Below are positions 11,855-25,734 of a stretch of 64,000 nt of DNA, one piece after another; position 1 is the first letter of the stretch, and the number at the start of each line of letters is the position of its first letter. The DNA comes from the human T2T-CHM13v2.0 reference genome, Homo sapiens. The notes beneath the pieces are model-generated. The model was not told the origin of the DNA and did no database searches. It saw nothing but the letters and a program-made list of their open reading frames with translations. The position numbers and the translations under genes were made by a program. The DNA is taken from NCBI RefSeq assembly GCF_009914755.1, contig NC_060945.1. One strand, 5' to 3'.

Positions 11855-14546
11855 GTGAGGCGAGTCCGCCAGCCGGCGGGCCCCACTTCTCCTTCCGACG
11901 GGCTGTCCTCTCCCGCTGCGGCCGGGCGCCCCGGCCTCGCCGCCGCCGCCTTCCCGGGCTTCCTCCCCGGTCACCCCCGGCCCCTGCCCATCGCCTCGGG
12001 GGCGTCGCGCCCAGAGCCCAGCTGCGTGTGGGAAGCAGAGTGTAGTTTGCGGGCTTCAATCCACTTCCTTCTGCCGATTGTTTTCCCGTAGCAGACGGTG
12101 CCAGGTATTGAGAGCGACCCTCACATTCCTACAGTGCTCTGTGTGGCATCTTAATGAAACTTTATTCTCTCCCCTTAAATGAGAAAGAATAGCTAGTTGT
12201 CATCCTTTCTGAACCGATTTTGTCTTTCAAAGGTAGTAGTGTACCAGGCCTGCTATTTTGCAAAACGGTCTCCACCAAAATCGAATTACCTGCCTCGCGG
12301 GGCAGGCGTGTTGACCAGGTGGACTCTAGAAGTAGGTGGTTTGCTTGGTTTCTTTTCCTTTTAAGGTTTCCCTTTCTTCTTCTTCTTTTCTGTTTTTTTT
12401 TTTTTTTTTTTTTTTTCAATATAGAAACTGTCCCTAAGAGAGGAAACCTTTCTGGCCATGTTATTCCAGGAATCTTTTGTCCCCTAAGTTTGACCTTGTT
12501 CTTTCGTTCACCCTTTACTCTTGCATCAGTCACACATTCAAATGGTCACTCACTAAAGAAAACAATTAAAAAACTGTTTGTGAAACTTTATATCTTTAAA
12601 GTGAATAGAGATCATTCTGCTATTTTAGATTTTGCTTTCAGAATCTTAAGTGCACTATCATGGCTTGCACCATGTTCTGAAGAGTAGTTGGCCATGATTT
12701 AACTTCTTTTTTTAATTTTTAATTTGCGTGAAAAGCATTTTGGGCAAAAGAGTAAACCGTGCCTTAGTTGTGTTGGTATTACGGGGACAGTTAGGGTTTA
12801 CTGTGATCAACCACCAGAGTTATGTTTGGTTTATCTGGGTGAGTAATGAATGCCCCACCCTGTTGTAGATTTGGTGTAGATTGCAATATTCTACCTGTGC
12901 TTGACTTTAGAATAAGACCTGTTCTAAAATGGGCTGTCTACATACAGCCTGCTAAATTTTTGCTTTGAGATTATTTTTAGAATTTTATGATACTGCTTTA
13001 AAGTAATCGAAGATACTCAAGTTTGGAAAGCAAGGATAGTGCATTGTTATTTTAGGCACGTTGGGAAAGTTGTTTTTGAGACTTGTATGTTAGTTGATAT
13101 TATTGGTAAAGTTAGAAGGATATTGCACACTGCACTTTATTTACAGTGAAATAATTCAAGATTTAATAATGAGAATTTAAAAGAGTTTCCTTCCTAATCC
13201 TCCCTATTCTATTTTGAATACCTTCAAGTTCAATTTTTAAAGACTTAAGGCTTAGGAAAGAGCACATGGTCATGTGAACGCTAAGCAATATTTAATATGT
13301 ATGGTACCATTTGTTTATAATTGTCTTCAGTGTTGAATATTAAAGTCTGTTTCAAAGTGAGAAATACCAATTTTTCACTTCCTAAGTTTGAACAATGGGA
13401 AGAACTTTGTAAGTTTAGGATTTTTTTATTTTCATTTGATTTTGACTAAACTGTATTAAATAACTATGCAGGCTCTATTGTATGGTTCAGAGGTTATGCA
13501 TAAAATTGTAGAATCAAGAATCAAGTTAACGAAAGTGATCTTGGCTGTCGAGTCCAATTTCCTACTTTAATGAATCCCCTCCACACACAAAGGGAGTAGT
13601 AGTTAATTCAAAATATTATCATTATGATGCTACTTTTAGTATGGCTGTGTTTTAGATCATTTCATTGTTATTGGGGATTTTTTTTAGAGAAACTTTTATA
13701 CTTCCATAATATTTAGATTGTTTTACAGAAGAAACACTTAAATGTGTTTGCTTTCCGTATTAATACACGATTACTTTGTTACTCATATTAGAACTATTTA
13801 AAAATATTTATATGGATACAAGTAAACCATCTACCTCGATAAGTTGACAGATTTAAATCCGTCAAGCTAGTAACCAGGAAGCGGACTTAAAGCTGGTAAC
13901 TAGGAAGTGAACTTCACACTTAGAAGAAACAAAAGTGAAAGTCTGTTTTTACTCAGACACTTTATGGGTTATCTAAAAGGAGAGGTGTGTAGTGTATATT
14001 GCATAGCCAACATTTTAGCCAGTTTTCTTCTCACCTTAAAAAACTGTGTGTACATATGTGTTTTTAAATTTTAAGTATTTACTATTTAAAATTTAAGTAT
14101 TTACTATTTAGCTATATTATTTTCAAGATTTTTAAAACTTTTATTTTGCAGATGGATGTAAGTTTTTTTGTTGTTTGCAGCACCACACTACACAAAACTT
14201 TCATGATTTTTTGGTTCGCCTATAGAATTCATTAGTCTTTGTCACAATGTAGTATGATGAGGCAAGAGGCTGCCTTTCCCTTTTGATGTGTTCTTTGCTT
14301 GATTGCTGGAGTTTGGCCAACCCAGGGACTTATGAGATGTAGTAAAACTGCAGAAAGCTGCTTTTCTGAGGTTTAGGTATTTCAGGTGAGGTGCAGTTGG
14401 CAGCAGATGAGTTAAATTCTGTGATAATTTTGGTTTTGGACATATATCTTCAGCCTTTGTGCTTCATGTTTACCAAAGTGTAGGAGCCTTAGATCTCAGA
14501 AATTTGATACATAGATTCAAGTTCCAAATGAGGATACTCCACGGCG

Positions 14547-14565
14547 CCCCCCCCCCCCCCCCCCC
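14547..14565. repeat. Poly-C tract (C19)
   Basis: Direct read. Confidence 0.9.
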
Positions 14566-14867
14566 AATCTATCTAACCCGATGAACCAAGCTAGGATTCT
14601 TTAGGGCAGTTATTATTGGGAGGAGTTTTGCTCCCAGGGACCAAATTAATTTACAGAGTGAAATGAACAGGATACTATTTAATTAAATGTATCCTTCTGA
14701 GTTGAATAAAATATATTGTTTCACTCTAGGGCTTAGAACAGTTCTTTACACATAGTAGGACTCAGCAAATATGTGATGAATGAAATAAGTGACTGGTTTC
14801 CAAAAGGAGTGTAGTACTTTGTTTCCTAACTGAATCTTGGAATTTAAAAATTATTGAGAAACAATGA

Positions 14868-15363
<496 letters not shown>

Positions 15364-16639
15364 TCAACCACCTTTTTGTCACCTTGGGCAAGTCATTAAG
15401 TGCTTCTGAAGGTTCTTTCAAAGCAGTAATATTAGTATGTTAACAGTAGTATGTTAAGGCTTTAAACTTTAGCAACTTCTTTAGATTAGATTGTTTAATG
15501 GTCCTAAGCAAGTGTTCTGTATAGGGAGAATAAAAAAGAAACAGTATAGAATGGAAGCAGAGGAATCTAACAGATCTACAGTCAACTTTCACTGAATTCC
15601 TCCAAAGATGAGGGTTAGGTGGGAAGGTTGTCATAGATTAGCCAAGTTCAAGAGTTAAAACTTGAAAAACAATGCAGACTGGATTCAGGGTAAATTTCTT
15701 ACTTAAAATAACATGTATTTTCCAATTTAGGATTATCTAAGGTTATAAAACTATACCATGCAGCATTTGATAGTTAACATTACTTAAATCACTTTAAATG
15801 TTACTTAAAGGAGGCATTCTTTATTAGGAATCAGTTGATTATCTTATTATTAGTATAAGACTTGATTTGGGCAGAGAGGTTTCCAGCTGTTTATTCCTTT
15901 TCTTATTCTTTCCTTTTCACACCTACTTTTGACTTGTAGACTCACATTGTATCCAGTCTTTTAAATGAATTCACATCATTTCTAATAAATATTCTGTTGA
16001 TTTTCTTCAATATTATATGTATACAGTCCATATCCTTTACAAATACTTAATATTCTGACCTCTTTCTTGTCATTATTTTTACCACTTATTACTTTAAGAT
16101 GACAGAATGCTACTACAATTTATGTTAGTTTCTATTATATATTGTTTCCTTATAATATGGAAATTTTCTTACATTCCTAAGTTTTATAAATGTTTCAAAA
16201 CTAGATTTAGATGTTGACTGTCATGTCTTTTTCTTTGCAGTGAATGATATTTTATGTCAGTAACATAAGAACCATTTGTACATACGATATATGAATATTT
16301 ACTATATAATCCGTGTAAGGCGCTGTGCTGAGCCTTCTTACAAACTTTTTTCATTTAATCTTTCCAACCACCTTATGAAGTGAGTGCTATTTTTCTCCTT
16401 TCTTATTGAAGCTGAAGAAACAGTATTGGAGAACTAAAGCAACATTTCATCTCTAGTATGTATTAAGGGTTGGATAAACTCAAAAGTCATGTGATACACA
16501 AGCCCCTGCTCTTAACCACAATGTTGTATCGTTTTGGCTGTCCTTGAATTCCTGATAAAACCCCATTTGGTCATGTTGCTTTACTATTTTAAATATGTTT
16601 CTATATTTAATATAATAAATTTAAACCTAGAATTTGGTA

Positions 16640-16970
16640 TACAATTGGCCTTCTGTATCCACAGGTTCTGAATCCATAGATTCAACCAGCTGTGGATTGA
16701 AAATATTCTGGAAAAAAAAAGCATTGTTGCATCTGTACTGAACATGTACAGTCTCATTTTGGTCATTATTCCCTAACAATACAGTATAACAACTATTTAT
16801 GTAGCATTTACATTGTGTTAGGTATTATAAGTAATCTAGAAATGATTTAAAGTATGCTGGAGGATGTGTGGATGTGTAAGTTACATGCAAGTATTATACC
16901 ATTTTATATAAGGGACTTTGACATTCGCAGATTTTGGCCTCTGGGGGTCCTGGAACCAGTTCTCCTTGGA
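16640..16970. mobile_element. MER2 (Tigger) DNA transposon
   Basis: ttctgtatccacaggttctgaatccatagattcaacc...gggggtcctggaacca. Confidence 0.8.
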
Positions 16971-17343
16971 TTCTTTAATGAGATTGCTTACAAGGTTTGG
17001 TGTGCCCATGAGGGCTATTAAGATAAGGTTAGCTCATAAAATGATTAGAAGGCTTTCTGTGTTTTCCTGTGCTTTTGGAATTGTTTAGTGTAGGATTATG
17101 TTGAGTCATTCAAAATTGGTGGTGTATGATCTTTTTTGATTTGAAAAATTAGATAGCGTTCAACTGAGGTACTTGTTACTTTGAAGATTTGGTGAACATG
17201 ACTGTATCAGGGCTGAGCTGCTCATTTAGAGCAAATTTTAGGTAAAGTTTCCAAATTTTGCTTATTGTCTTTTAAATTTTCTATCTTTTCTAGGGTCAAA
17301 TTTTAAATTTTTTTAGTTCTAGAAAATTCTAAATTTCATTTAG

Positions 17344-17786
<443 letters not shown>

Positions 17787-19191
17787 AGTTTCTCTTTGTA
17801 TTTCTAATGGATTCAATCCAAACTTGTGTTTTTGTCTTTTAGAATTTAACCATGCACATGTGGTGATAACTGATAAATTTAATCTTTTTATTGTCATCTG
17901 ATTATCCATTTATTAGTCTTGTTTTCTCCATTCAGTTTTGATGGATAGACCAAATTTTCATTGTATCACCACCCCCACCCTTGTCTTTAACGTTTTCTTT
18001 TCAATTTTGGCTCTTTTAATTTTAAACAAATATATTTTTATAATATAAAATTTTGATAATATAAAACATTAATAGCTTTTTTCGGTAACATAAAAAATTA
18101 ACTTTTTTCTCCACCCATTTGCCCCAAATTAGGTAAGACATTTTAGCATGTTTTTTCTTATGGTATTCCTAGTTTTGTTGGGATAATATAGAATTGTAAT
18201 TCTAGGTGATGAATTTTCTTAGTGTTGCAGATGCATTATTAGTAGCTAGTTTTTTTTAATTAACTATTTAATTTTAACTGTGTTTTTTGGTCTGTTGTAT
18301 AATGCTTTTTGATGGTTTGATGCCACTCTGCTTTTTTTTTTTTTCCAGATAAGTTAACTCTCTGTGTTACCTTGTAAGATTTTACTCTTTGTTTTTAAGA
18401 GTTCAGAAATTTCACTTGCGTGTGTTTATGTATGTATCTTTTTAATGGTCCTGCCTAGGATTTTTCGTCTGAAATCTGTGTTCTCAGGAATTTTTCTTCC
18501 ACTCTTTTCCTCATCTTCATTTAAAACTACATTATTTGGATTTTATACGTCACTTATCTTTCTTCCTGGCTTCAAATGTTTCTTCTCTCCCATTTTGTCC
18601 TGTATGCTGTGGTAACTTTTTAGTTTGATTATCTAGATTATTATTTTTGTAATGCCAGTTCTGTATTTACTACCCTTATATGTGGTCAGATAGTTTACAA
18701 AGAGTTTGTTTTTAATAATATATATTTTTAGTTTGGTTCTGAAGTACACATAATTGAATTAATTTTGCCAATTTTCTCATGATCAGCTCTTCCTGCAAAT
18801 ATATTTTCATTTATTTGTTAAATTGCTTATTTTAAATAATAAACACACACGAACCCCCTATTTAAAACAAAAGCTGGAACTTCGATAATAACCTATATCC
18901 CTTATCCTATCCCTTTACTTTCATTTGAGTGTATCATCTTGAATCCTCTGTTCATCTTCCTGTTGATTTATTGCATCTATATCAATGGCTGAAGGTATTT
19001 TTTTTAATGTTAGTTGTTTTAACTTAAAAATTTTAAGAACTTTTCCCTGCTACAATATCTAGAAGGTAGTCGTCTGTATTTTTAACCAAGAGTTTTAAAG
19101 TTATATTTGCAACATTTTATACTCTTTTTCATCTGTGCTTGAGTTTTGTATATGGTGCGAGGTAGGGATACAGTTTTATTTTCATCATATA

Positions 19192-19453
19192 CAGATTGAA
19201 TCTCTCATATCCAAAATGCTTGGGACCAGAAGTGTTTTGGATTTTGGACTTTTTTTTTTTTCCCTTCAGATTTTGGAATATTTGTATTTTGCTTACCTGG
19301 GTTGGGTAAATATCCGAAATTTGAAAATCTGAAATCTGAAATAAGCCAGTGAGCATTTCCTTTCAACATCTTGTTGGTTCTCAGAAAATATGGAGTTTTC
19401 AAATTGTGGAGCATTTCTTATTTCTGGCTTGGAGTTTTGGGATGTGCAACCTG
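19192..19453. mobile_element. Tigger4/MER46 (Zombi) DNA transposon
   Basis: TA-CAGATTGA...CAACCTG-TA termini; ccaaaatgcttgggaccagaagtgttttgga. Confidence 0.8.
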
Positions 19454-19459
19454 TAAATG

Positions 19460-20700
19460 ATTTTAAAAAGTTCTTTTGTTATCCTTGCTTTATTGAAAAG
19501 TTAATGCTCTCTTCTACTGAATTGATAGGCCATCTTTGTCATATATGCAAAAGTTTAATGCAAAATTTTTTTCCCTTTCCTTGACTTTCATCATTCATTT
19601 TGTGAATATCATCCTGTGTTCATTGTTGTTGCTTTAAAATAATCTCTCATACTGGAAAAGAAAGTTCTTTGCCTTTGTTCCTTTTTTTCAGAAGTAACAC
19701 TTGACTTTTCCTTAGAAATTTTAGAATGATCATACCAAGCTCTCTCAAATCCTCTGTCTTTTTGATTAATTTGATTGAATCTGTAGATCCATTTGGGATT
19801 ATTAAGATCTTTATGATACAGGATGAGCAGGATATACTATTTTTATTAGGTCGTGTTTAATATCTCTTGTATGGTTTATAATTTAACACAAAACTATTGT
19901 ACATCTTTTGTTTCAGGTAGTTGATAATTTCTGATAACTGTTATATGGCAGTGCTTTTAAAAATTTGTTATTGGTGTATGCAAATGCAGTGGTCTTTTGT
20001 ATGTTAATTTTATACCTAGCCACCTTGCTAAATGTTTCTAATACCTTTTCCAGAGACAATTTTGTACTTTCTGTGTAAAAGATCATATCATTAAGGGAGG
20101 AGACCACGCCTCATATTGTCTTATGCCCAATTTCTGCCCTCAAAGAAAGAAAAAGTAAAAACTAAAAGGCAGAAATGAAATCCACAAGCAGACAGCCCAG
20201 GGCCACACCCTGGGCCTGGTAGTTAAAGATCGACCCCTGACCTAATCAGTTATGTTATCTATAGATTACAGACATTGCACAGACACTGTGAAAATCCCGA
20301 TACTGTTTTGTTCAGATCTAATTACCGGTGCATGCAGCCCCCAGTCACATACCCCCTGCTTGCTCATTTGATCATGACCCTCTCACACGCACCCTCTTAG
20401 AGTTGTGAGCCCTTAAAAGGGACAGGAATTGCTCACCCCGGGAGCTCGGCTCTTGAGACAGGAGTCTTGCTGATGCCCCCAGCCGAATAAACCCCTTCCT
20501 CCTTTAACTCGGTTCTGAGGAGTTTTGTCTGCGGCTCGTCCTGCTACATCATGATTAAAAAGTTTTATGTATAATTTCAGTTTTTGTGCCTGTACTTTCA
20601 TTTTTTTTCCTGTACTAGCAAATACTTCCAATAAATATTGATTAGAAGTGATAACAATGAGTATTTTTTTGTTCTTGCTGATCTAAAAAGGCAGTTACCT
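19460..20700 (-). mobile_element. Old L1M ORF2 remnant (host of the LTR2)
   Basis: ORF track 19913..20107 reads DMIFYTES..FSKVARYKINIQKTTAFAYTNNK, homologous to L1 ORF2 reverse transcriptase (DDMIVYLE..FSKVSGYKINVQKS.AFLYTNN). Confidence 0.8.
20092..20548 (+). mobile_element. Solo LTR2 (HERV-E/Harlequin LTR)
   Basis: TAAGGGAGGAGACCAC...GGCTCGTCCTGCTACA, 457 bp, perfect TSD TCAT; AATAAA at 20486-20491. Confidence 0.92.
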
Positions 20701-22057
20701 ACTTTTGTACCTCATGCATTTCTGAAATATTTACATGTGTTAGTTGTGCAGATTTACAAAGTAGGTTCTGTTTAACTAAAAGATATTGTAGTATTTTCAG
20801 TCGTGATGCTTGCAGGTATTTTTTCTTTGGGTACTGGTGACCTTTGTTTAAGCTTTCACCCTAGGTATCCTGGGTGTGGTGGTGGAGGGGTGCTGGTAGT
20901 TTGTCAGTCTCTTCTCTGTCATCCTAGGAACTGTGAAGTCAGGCAGGGCACTTTTTTTTTGTATTAGTGGCCCTCACTAATTTCCTTCTCCAGGGGCCAC
21001 TCCACAATTGATTTCTGCCCTGATGTGCTTAGAGTAAGGTGTCTACAGGGTCTTTCTTCCCCTGACACTGGCATAATTTTACTCTCTAATGTCATAGAAT
21101 TGCTTTAAGCACTGACCTGCAGCAGTGGCCTGCCTTTTTCCTACAATATAATCACTGATTTTTGTTATGTTTGAAGGACCAAATTTGGCTTGTGAAAGTG
21201 AGTTTAGGAATGTCACTATATAATGTGAGCAAGTAGATGATGTGAAAGTTGAATTTATAAAAGGATGAGGCCTTGCATTTATTTTGGCAGACTTTAATTA
21301 ATTTCCAAGGACATCATCCTTGTCATGACATCTTGTTTTATGTATGTAGTAAGTAATTTTTCAGTTTTTCTCTTTTTTGCCCCTTGATTAACTCTGCTTC
21401 AGTACAGACCATCTGCTTTATTTTTAGTTTTTGGTTCTCTGAACTGCTGGATATTTTAAATGCCCAGCAATATTTTCCTTAGTCTTGTTACTATAGGTTT
21501 AGATCAGTTTCGTATAATATGGTTTTTATGGACTGTCTTAATTATCTGTAGTGCTTGCTAAAAGTGCAGACTTCTGTGCCTCACCCTAGACGTATTGTTT
21601 CAAGATGTTGAGGGTTGGGCTAAAGCCTGCTTAATAAGAATCGCAGATTATTCTTCTGCACTTAATGTTTGAGGATCACTGGTTGAAGTTAATTAGTATT
21701 CTTAAAGGTAAAAGTGCCTTGAGCACTGTGTAAATTGACTGCAGGGGTCCTTTAGGGATTGAATTATCACAATACACCAAATTTAATATGGAAGCAGGGT
21801 CTTTGAACGGACATTGTTTTTTTTTGTTTCAGGTGTTTCTCTCCATCAGTGCAGCAACATGTTTCCTTGTAGAGGAGCTGTCTCCTCCCTCAGGCTTTTC
21901 TGGCCAACATCTCTATGGAAACCCAAAGCTTCAGGTGGCTAGGTGGGATACTTGCCCCTCTTACTCCTGGAGGCACAAATAAGTTGAATCGATGGATTAA
22001 GGAGTTGGAAAGTGATTGTACATGCTAAAGTTGTAATCTTCCTGTTTCTTTCTGGCT

Positions 22058-22091
<34 letters not shown>

Positions 22092-22134
22092 GTATGTGCG
22101 TGTGTATTTGTGTATGAATAATTCCTATAGGATT

Positions 22135-23045
22135 TTTTTGTGGGGGCTAACCATAGCATATGAAAACTTATGTACAACTTAAATATATTAAGATTAGTAT
22201 TCTTTGTACAATTTTAGACATGAAATAGAATATCTTATTGTCCTGGAAATTTCCTTTGTTCCTCATTCATACTGTCCCTCTTTTCTACACCACCCCCCAC
22301 CCCCACACTACTGCTATCTTGACTTTTTTCAAGTTAATGTTATCGTGGTATGATTTACACTGAAAGTGTGTAATTTGATGAATTTGGCCATACAGAACAT
22401 TTCTGTCACTCCACAAAATTTGTCCTGTATCACCTTTCTCATTAATTATCAACACCGTCATTATTTCAGGCAACTGTTGATCTGATTTTTATTACTGTAG
22501 ATCAGTTTTGGCTGTTCTGGGTCTTCACATCGATTTGTTTATACCAAATTTTTTTTTTTTCTCGCATCTGACTGCTTTTGCTCAGCAAAAAGCTTTTGAG
22601 ATTCACCCATGTTTTATTGCATGTATCAATATGTTTCTTTTTACTATGGAGTAATATTATATAAATATTCTCACATCTGTGTATTCATGTACCTTTTGAT
22701 GTACTTTTTTTTTTTTTTCCAGTTTTTTGACCCATATATAATGTTATGTGTACATTTGTAAGCAGGTCTTTGAGACGTATTTCTATTTCTCTTGGGCAAA
22801 TACATAGGTGTAGAATTGTTATAGTACTAAATTGTTATCCAAATTGATTGTATCATTGTACATTCTCATTAGCAATATAGGAGAATTTCAGGTGGTCTAC
22901 ATTTTTGCCAACACCTGGCATTTTTAATCTTTTATGTTTTAGCCATTTGGTGAATATGTGGTGTACCTCATTGTGGTAGTAATTGTATATTTCCCTAATG
23001 ACTAATGATTTTGGATGTCTTTCAAGTGCTTGTTGGCCAGTTTGA
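22135..23045 (-). mobile_element. L1M 3' part (left half of the L1 interrupted by the RBPMS2 retrocopy)
   Basis: Reverse L1 3' motifs (gtggtgtacctcattgtgg...atttccctaatgactaatga). Confidence 0.75.
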
Positions 23046-24126
23046 GGATGATTTTTTTTAACATTGCTTCTCATACATTATCCAGTTTTAACACTCCTAC
23101 ACGATAGGAATCACAGTAGCTGCATTCTTCCAAGTCTTAAAATGGCAAAAATGTCAGAGATGTAGCTAAAGGTAGAACACTCCAGGACCAAGTGCTAATA
23201 TGTTCACAAAACAAATTGAGATTGCACAATTTTTTTTGTTTGCTTGTTTAAACTAACACCTGATAAAAAGGTACATTGCTGAAAAATGGGAACTCATTTC
23301 TTCATCATGCCTCAAAGTAAATATTAAATTTATCTCTTTAACAATTAATTGCACACATACATGAGAAATCTTTATGATACATATTTTATTACACCGTGTA
23401 CAAAAATAATTTCACATTTTAGTTGGGTTGGAAGTTTGAAAAGAACATAGTGCAGTTGCAGGGGTGGGATGAACTGTGGTGAGGTAAGTAAATTGGACAG
23501 AAATTGGGCAGAAAGATACTTCCTTTTTTTTTTTTTTTAACAGTTTTTTATCTGTCTGAAGACAGGGAAGAAGAGGAATCTGAATTGGAAAACCCCCACT
23601 ATATCTGTTGGGTTTTTGTTGTTGCTGTTCAGTCTGGAAATGGGTGGTGTGTGGTGAGAGGTCATTAGGTCATCAGGGCAGAATTGTTTGCAGAGCTGGG
23701 AGCTACATCCTCACGGAAGTGGGATAGATGTGCTGGGGAGGGGTGTGCAGAGAGGAGCCAGGAATGATGTACCATTAGTGGCCAGGGCTTGTTATGGTAA
23801 CACCAATGTTGAAACCAACTGTGCATTCACATATACAAAAGTTTTGTGTCTTAATTCATGCCAGAATACATGCATAATCAAATGTCTCAGTTAAGGTGGA
23901 GCTACAGAAACACTGGGCTGAATGAAGTTCTGGGGTTTTCTTTGTCTTCGTGTGAGGCCTCTGGGCTGGGTCTGGGTGTCTGATCAAGAATGCCCTGAAG
24001 TTTTCCCATGGGGCTTTGGAGAACGGCTTTGGAGCTGGGCAGAGCTGAGGATGAGCACAGAAGAAAGGAAACGAGAAATGGTCCACTACCTGAGGTTTAA
24101 AATCCTCAATTTTTGGAGGGAAGAAG

Positions 24127-25277
24127 TGACACAAGATTTTATCGGTGCCACTTCACCAGCAAGAAACCTCTAAGGCCAGCAGTGCCTCTGCCCAGGCTTT
24201 GCTTACACTCACTGGGCTCGCTCTGCCTGCTCGGCCCAGCAGGGTGCTCTCAGCTGATCCCCAGCCCAGATCCCACGACCACTGCCACTCCGTGCTCAGC
24301 CCATGGCGGGACTGGGTATACCGCATGTGGCTTCCACAGCTGGACTCCAGCATTCAGATGAGGGGAACGTGGTGGAACCCAGAAACTCGGAGACGGCAGC
24401 AACCGTGGAGCCCCAAGGGGGTGTCATAGCTTCTGCCTGGGGAGTCCCGAGGTCTGAGCCACCAGGGAATGCCACAGCCCTCTCTTGTTCCTGCCGCTCA
24501 CAGCTCCCTGAATGGGGGTGTGTTAGAGCTTGTTTATTCCTGCTGCGCATGGCTTTGTGAATGGGGGTGTATTATGGTTCTAGTTCGAGGGTTCCTGATG
24601 TTTGGGCCCCCAGAGGGGTCGCGGCTCATCACTCCCATATTCCAGCAATTGGGAGTGTGTAACAGCTCTTTTCATGCCCACTGCCCACAGCTCCAGGAGC
24701 CAGCCAGGTGCGTGTTACAGCCGTTCTTTGTTCCCACCGTTTGGCGAGTTCTGGGTTTTTGTCCAGTGACCAAGAATAATGAGGTACGTGGACACCAGAG
24801 AGTGAGGAAGGCAGAGAAGAATGTTATTGAGCAACAGAAAAGCTCTTGACAATGAGAGGGGACGTGAAGTGGATAGCCCTCTGTGTGAGGGGGCCCCAAA
24901 AGCTGGTAGCCATCTTTGCAGTTGAGTCCAGGGTTTTTTTAGGTTTGGAATGAGGAGATGTGGGCTGGAGGTAGCCTTGGAAAAGGCAACATTCAATTGG
25001 TTTAAAAGCATTATTCGGAAAGAACCAATTGGGAAAGAGTAGGCAAAAAGAAAAGTTTTCACTCCAGCTGTGGACTCTATCTATATCTAGAACAGGCAGC
25101 TTGGTAGGCTTTAAACTGTCTTTGGTTTGAAGGTCAGGTTTCACCAGGGACCTGTCCCTGCCTGCCTAGGAGTTGGTCTACTGTGGCGCCTGCCTAGGAA
25201 TTGGTCTACTGTGGCGCCTGCCTAGGAATTTGTCTACTGTCCCTGCCTGCCTGGGAATTTGTCTACTGTGGCTATCA
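24127..25277 (-). mobile_element. ERV1 solo LTR (MER52/LTR27/LTR28 group) inserted in the retrocopy 3' UTR
   Basis: TGACACAAGATTTT...GCTATCA termini, near-TSD GAAG/GAAA; GC-rich body typical of the MER52 group. Confidence 0.75.
25161..25271. repeat. About 28-bp minisatellite, 4 copies (cctgcctaggaattggtctactgtggcg), at the LTR end
   Basis: Direct read. Confidence 0.9.
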
Positions 25278-25734
25278 GAAACAGCTCTGCGCAGGCCTCC
25301 TGGGGTCAGTGGACACTCTCTTTACCAATTTTGGTAGCATCATGCAGATTTGCAGAACTGGCTTCTAGGCTTCTTCCCAAGTGAGGCAGGAATTGAAGTC
25401 ACTTAGAACAGTGGAACTTACAGAACTGACAGTGTTTCCATTCTTGCTGGGTGGCGCCAGGAGGAGAGCACCAGTGTACCTGAGCATGTCGAACTGTAGC
25501 AGAGTAGCTGAAAGCAGCATATAAGATGACCCTGGTCAGCTCTGTGGTTTCTATGGTGTAAAGTGGGTAGGGGTTTCAGGCCTTTGGGGTTACAGAGATC
25601 AGAGCCACTCCCTCAGGTCATGGGGTCCTGTGCTAGGAGGTGTGGTCCTAGGGCTGTGTGAACATTGGTGGGGTTTGCCATTACTTTATTTTTGTCCATC
25701 TTGGTGTTGGCTTAGGCAAACCTTAGGGTCTGCG

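Larger units (their letters stand above)
10950..12060 (+). promoter_or_regulatory. USP25: CpG-island promoter and GC-rich 5' leader of USP25
   Basis: Abrupt switch to very GC- and CpG-rich sequence around exon 1; GC boxes GGGGCGGGG near 11231 and 11334; YY1-like CGCCATT near 11394; no TATA box seen. Confidence 0.93.

Noticed and set aside
10844-12091. Many long overlapping ORFs (up to 314 aa) on both strands
   Set aside because: Expected from stop-codon depletion in a CpG island; low-complexity R/P/A/G products with no recognisable domain. Only 11810-11854 is supported as coding
23523-23538. Poly-T run as the retrocopy poly(A) tail
   Set aside because: No matching TSD found, and the host L1 breaks at about 23045, so it is more likely an internal A-run of the UTR; the boundary remains uncertain
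23688-25144. Dense ORF cluster on both strands
   Set aside because: GC-rich solo LTR and retrocopy UTR; no gag/pol/env or other protein homology visible
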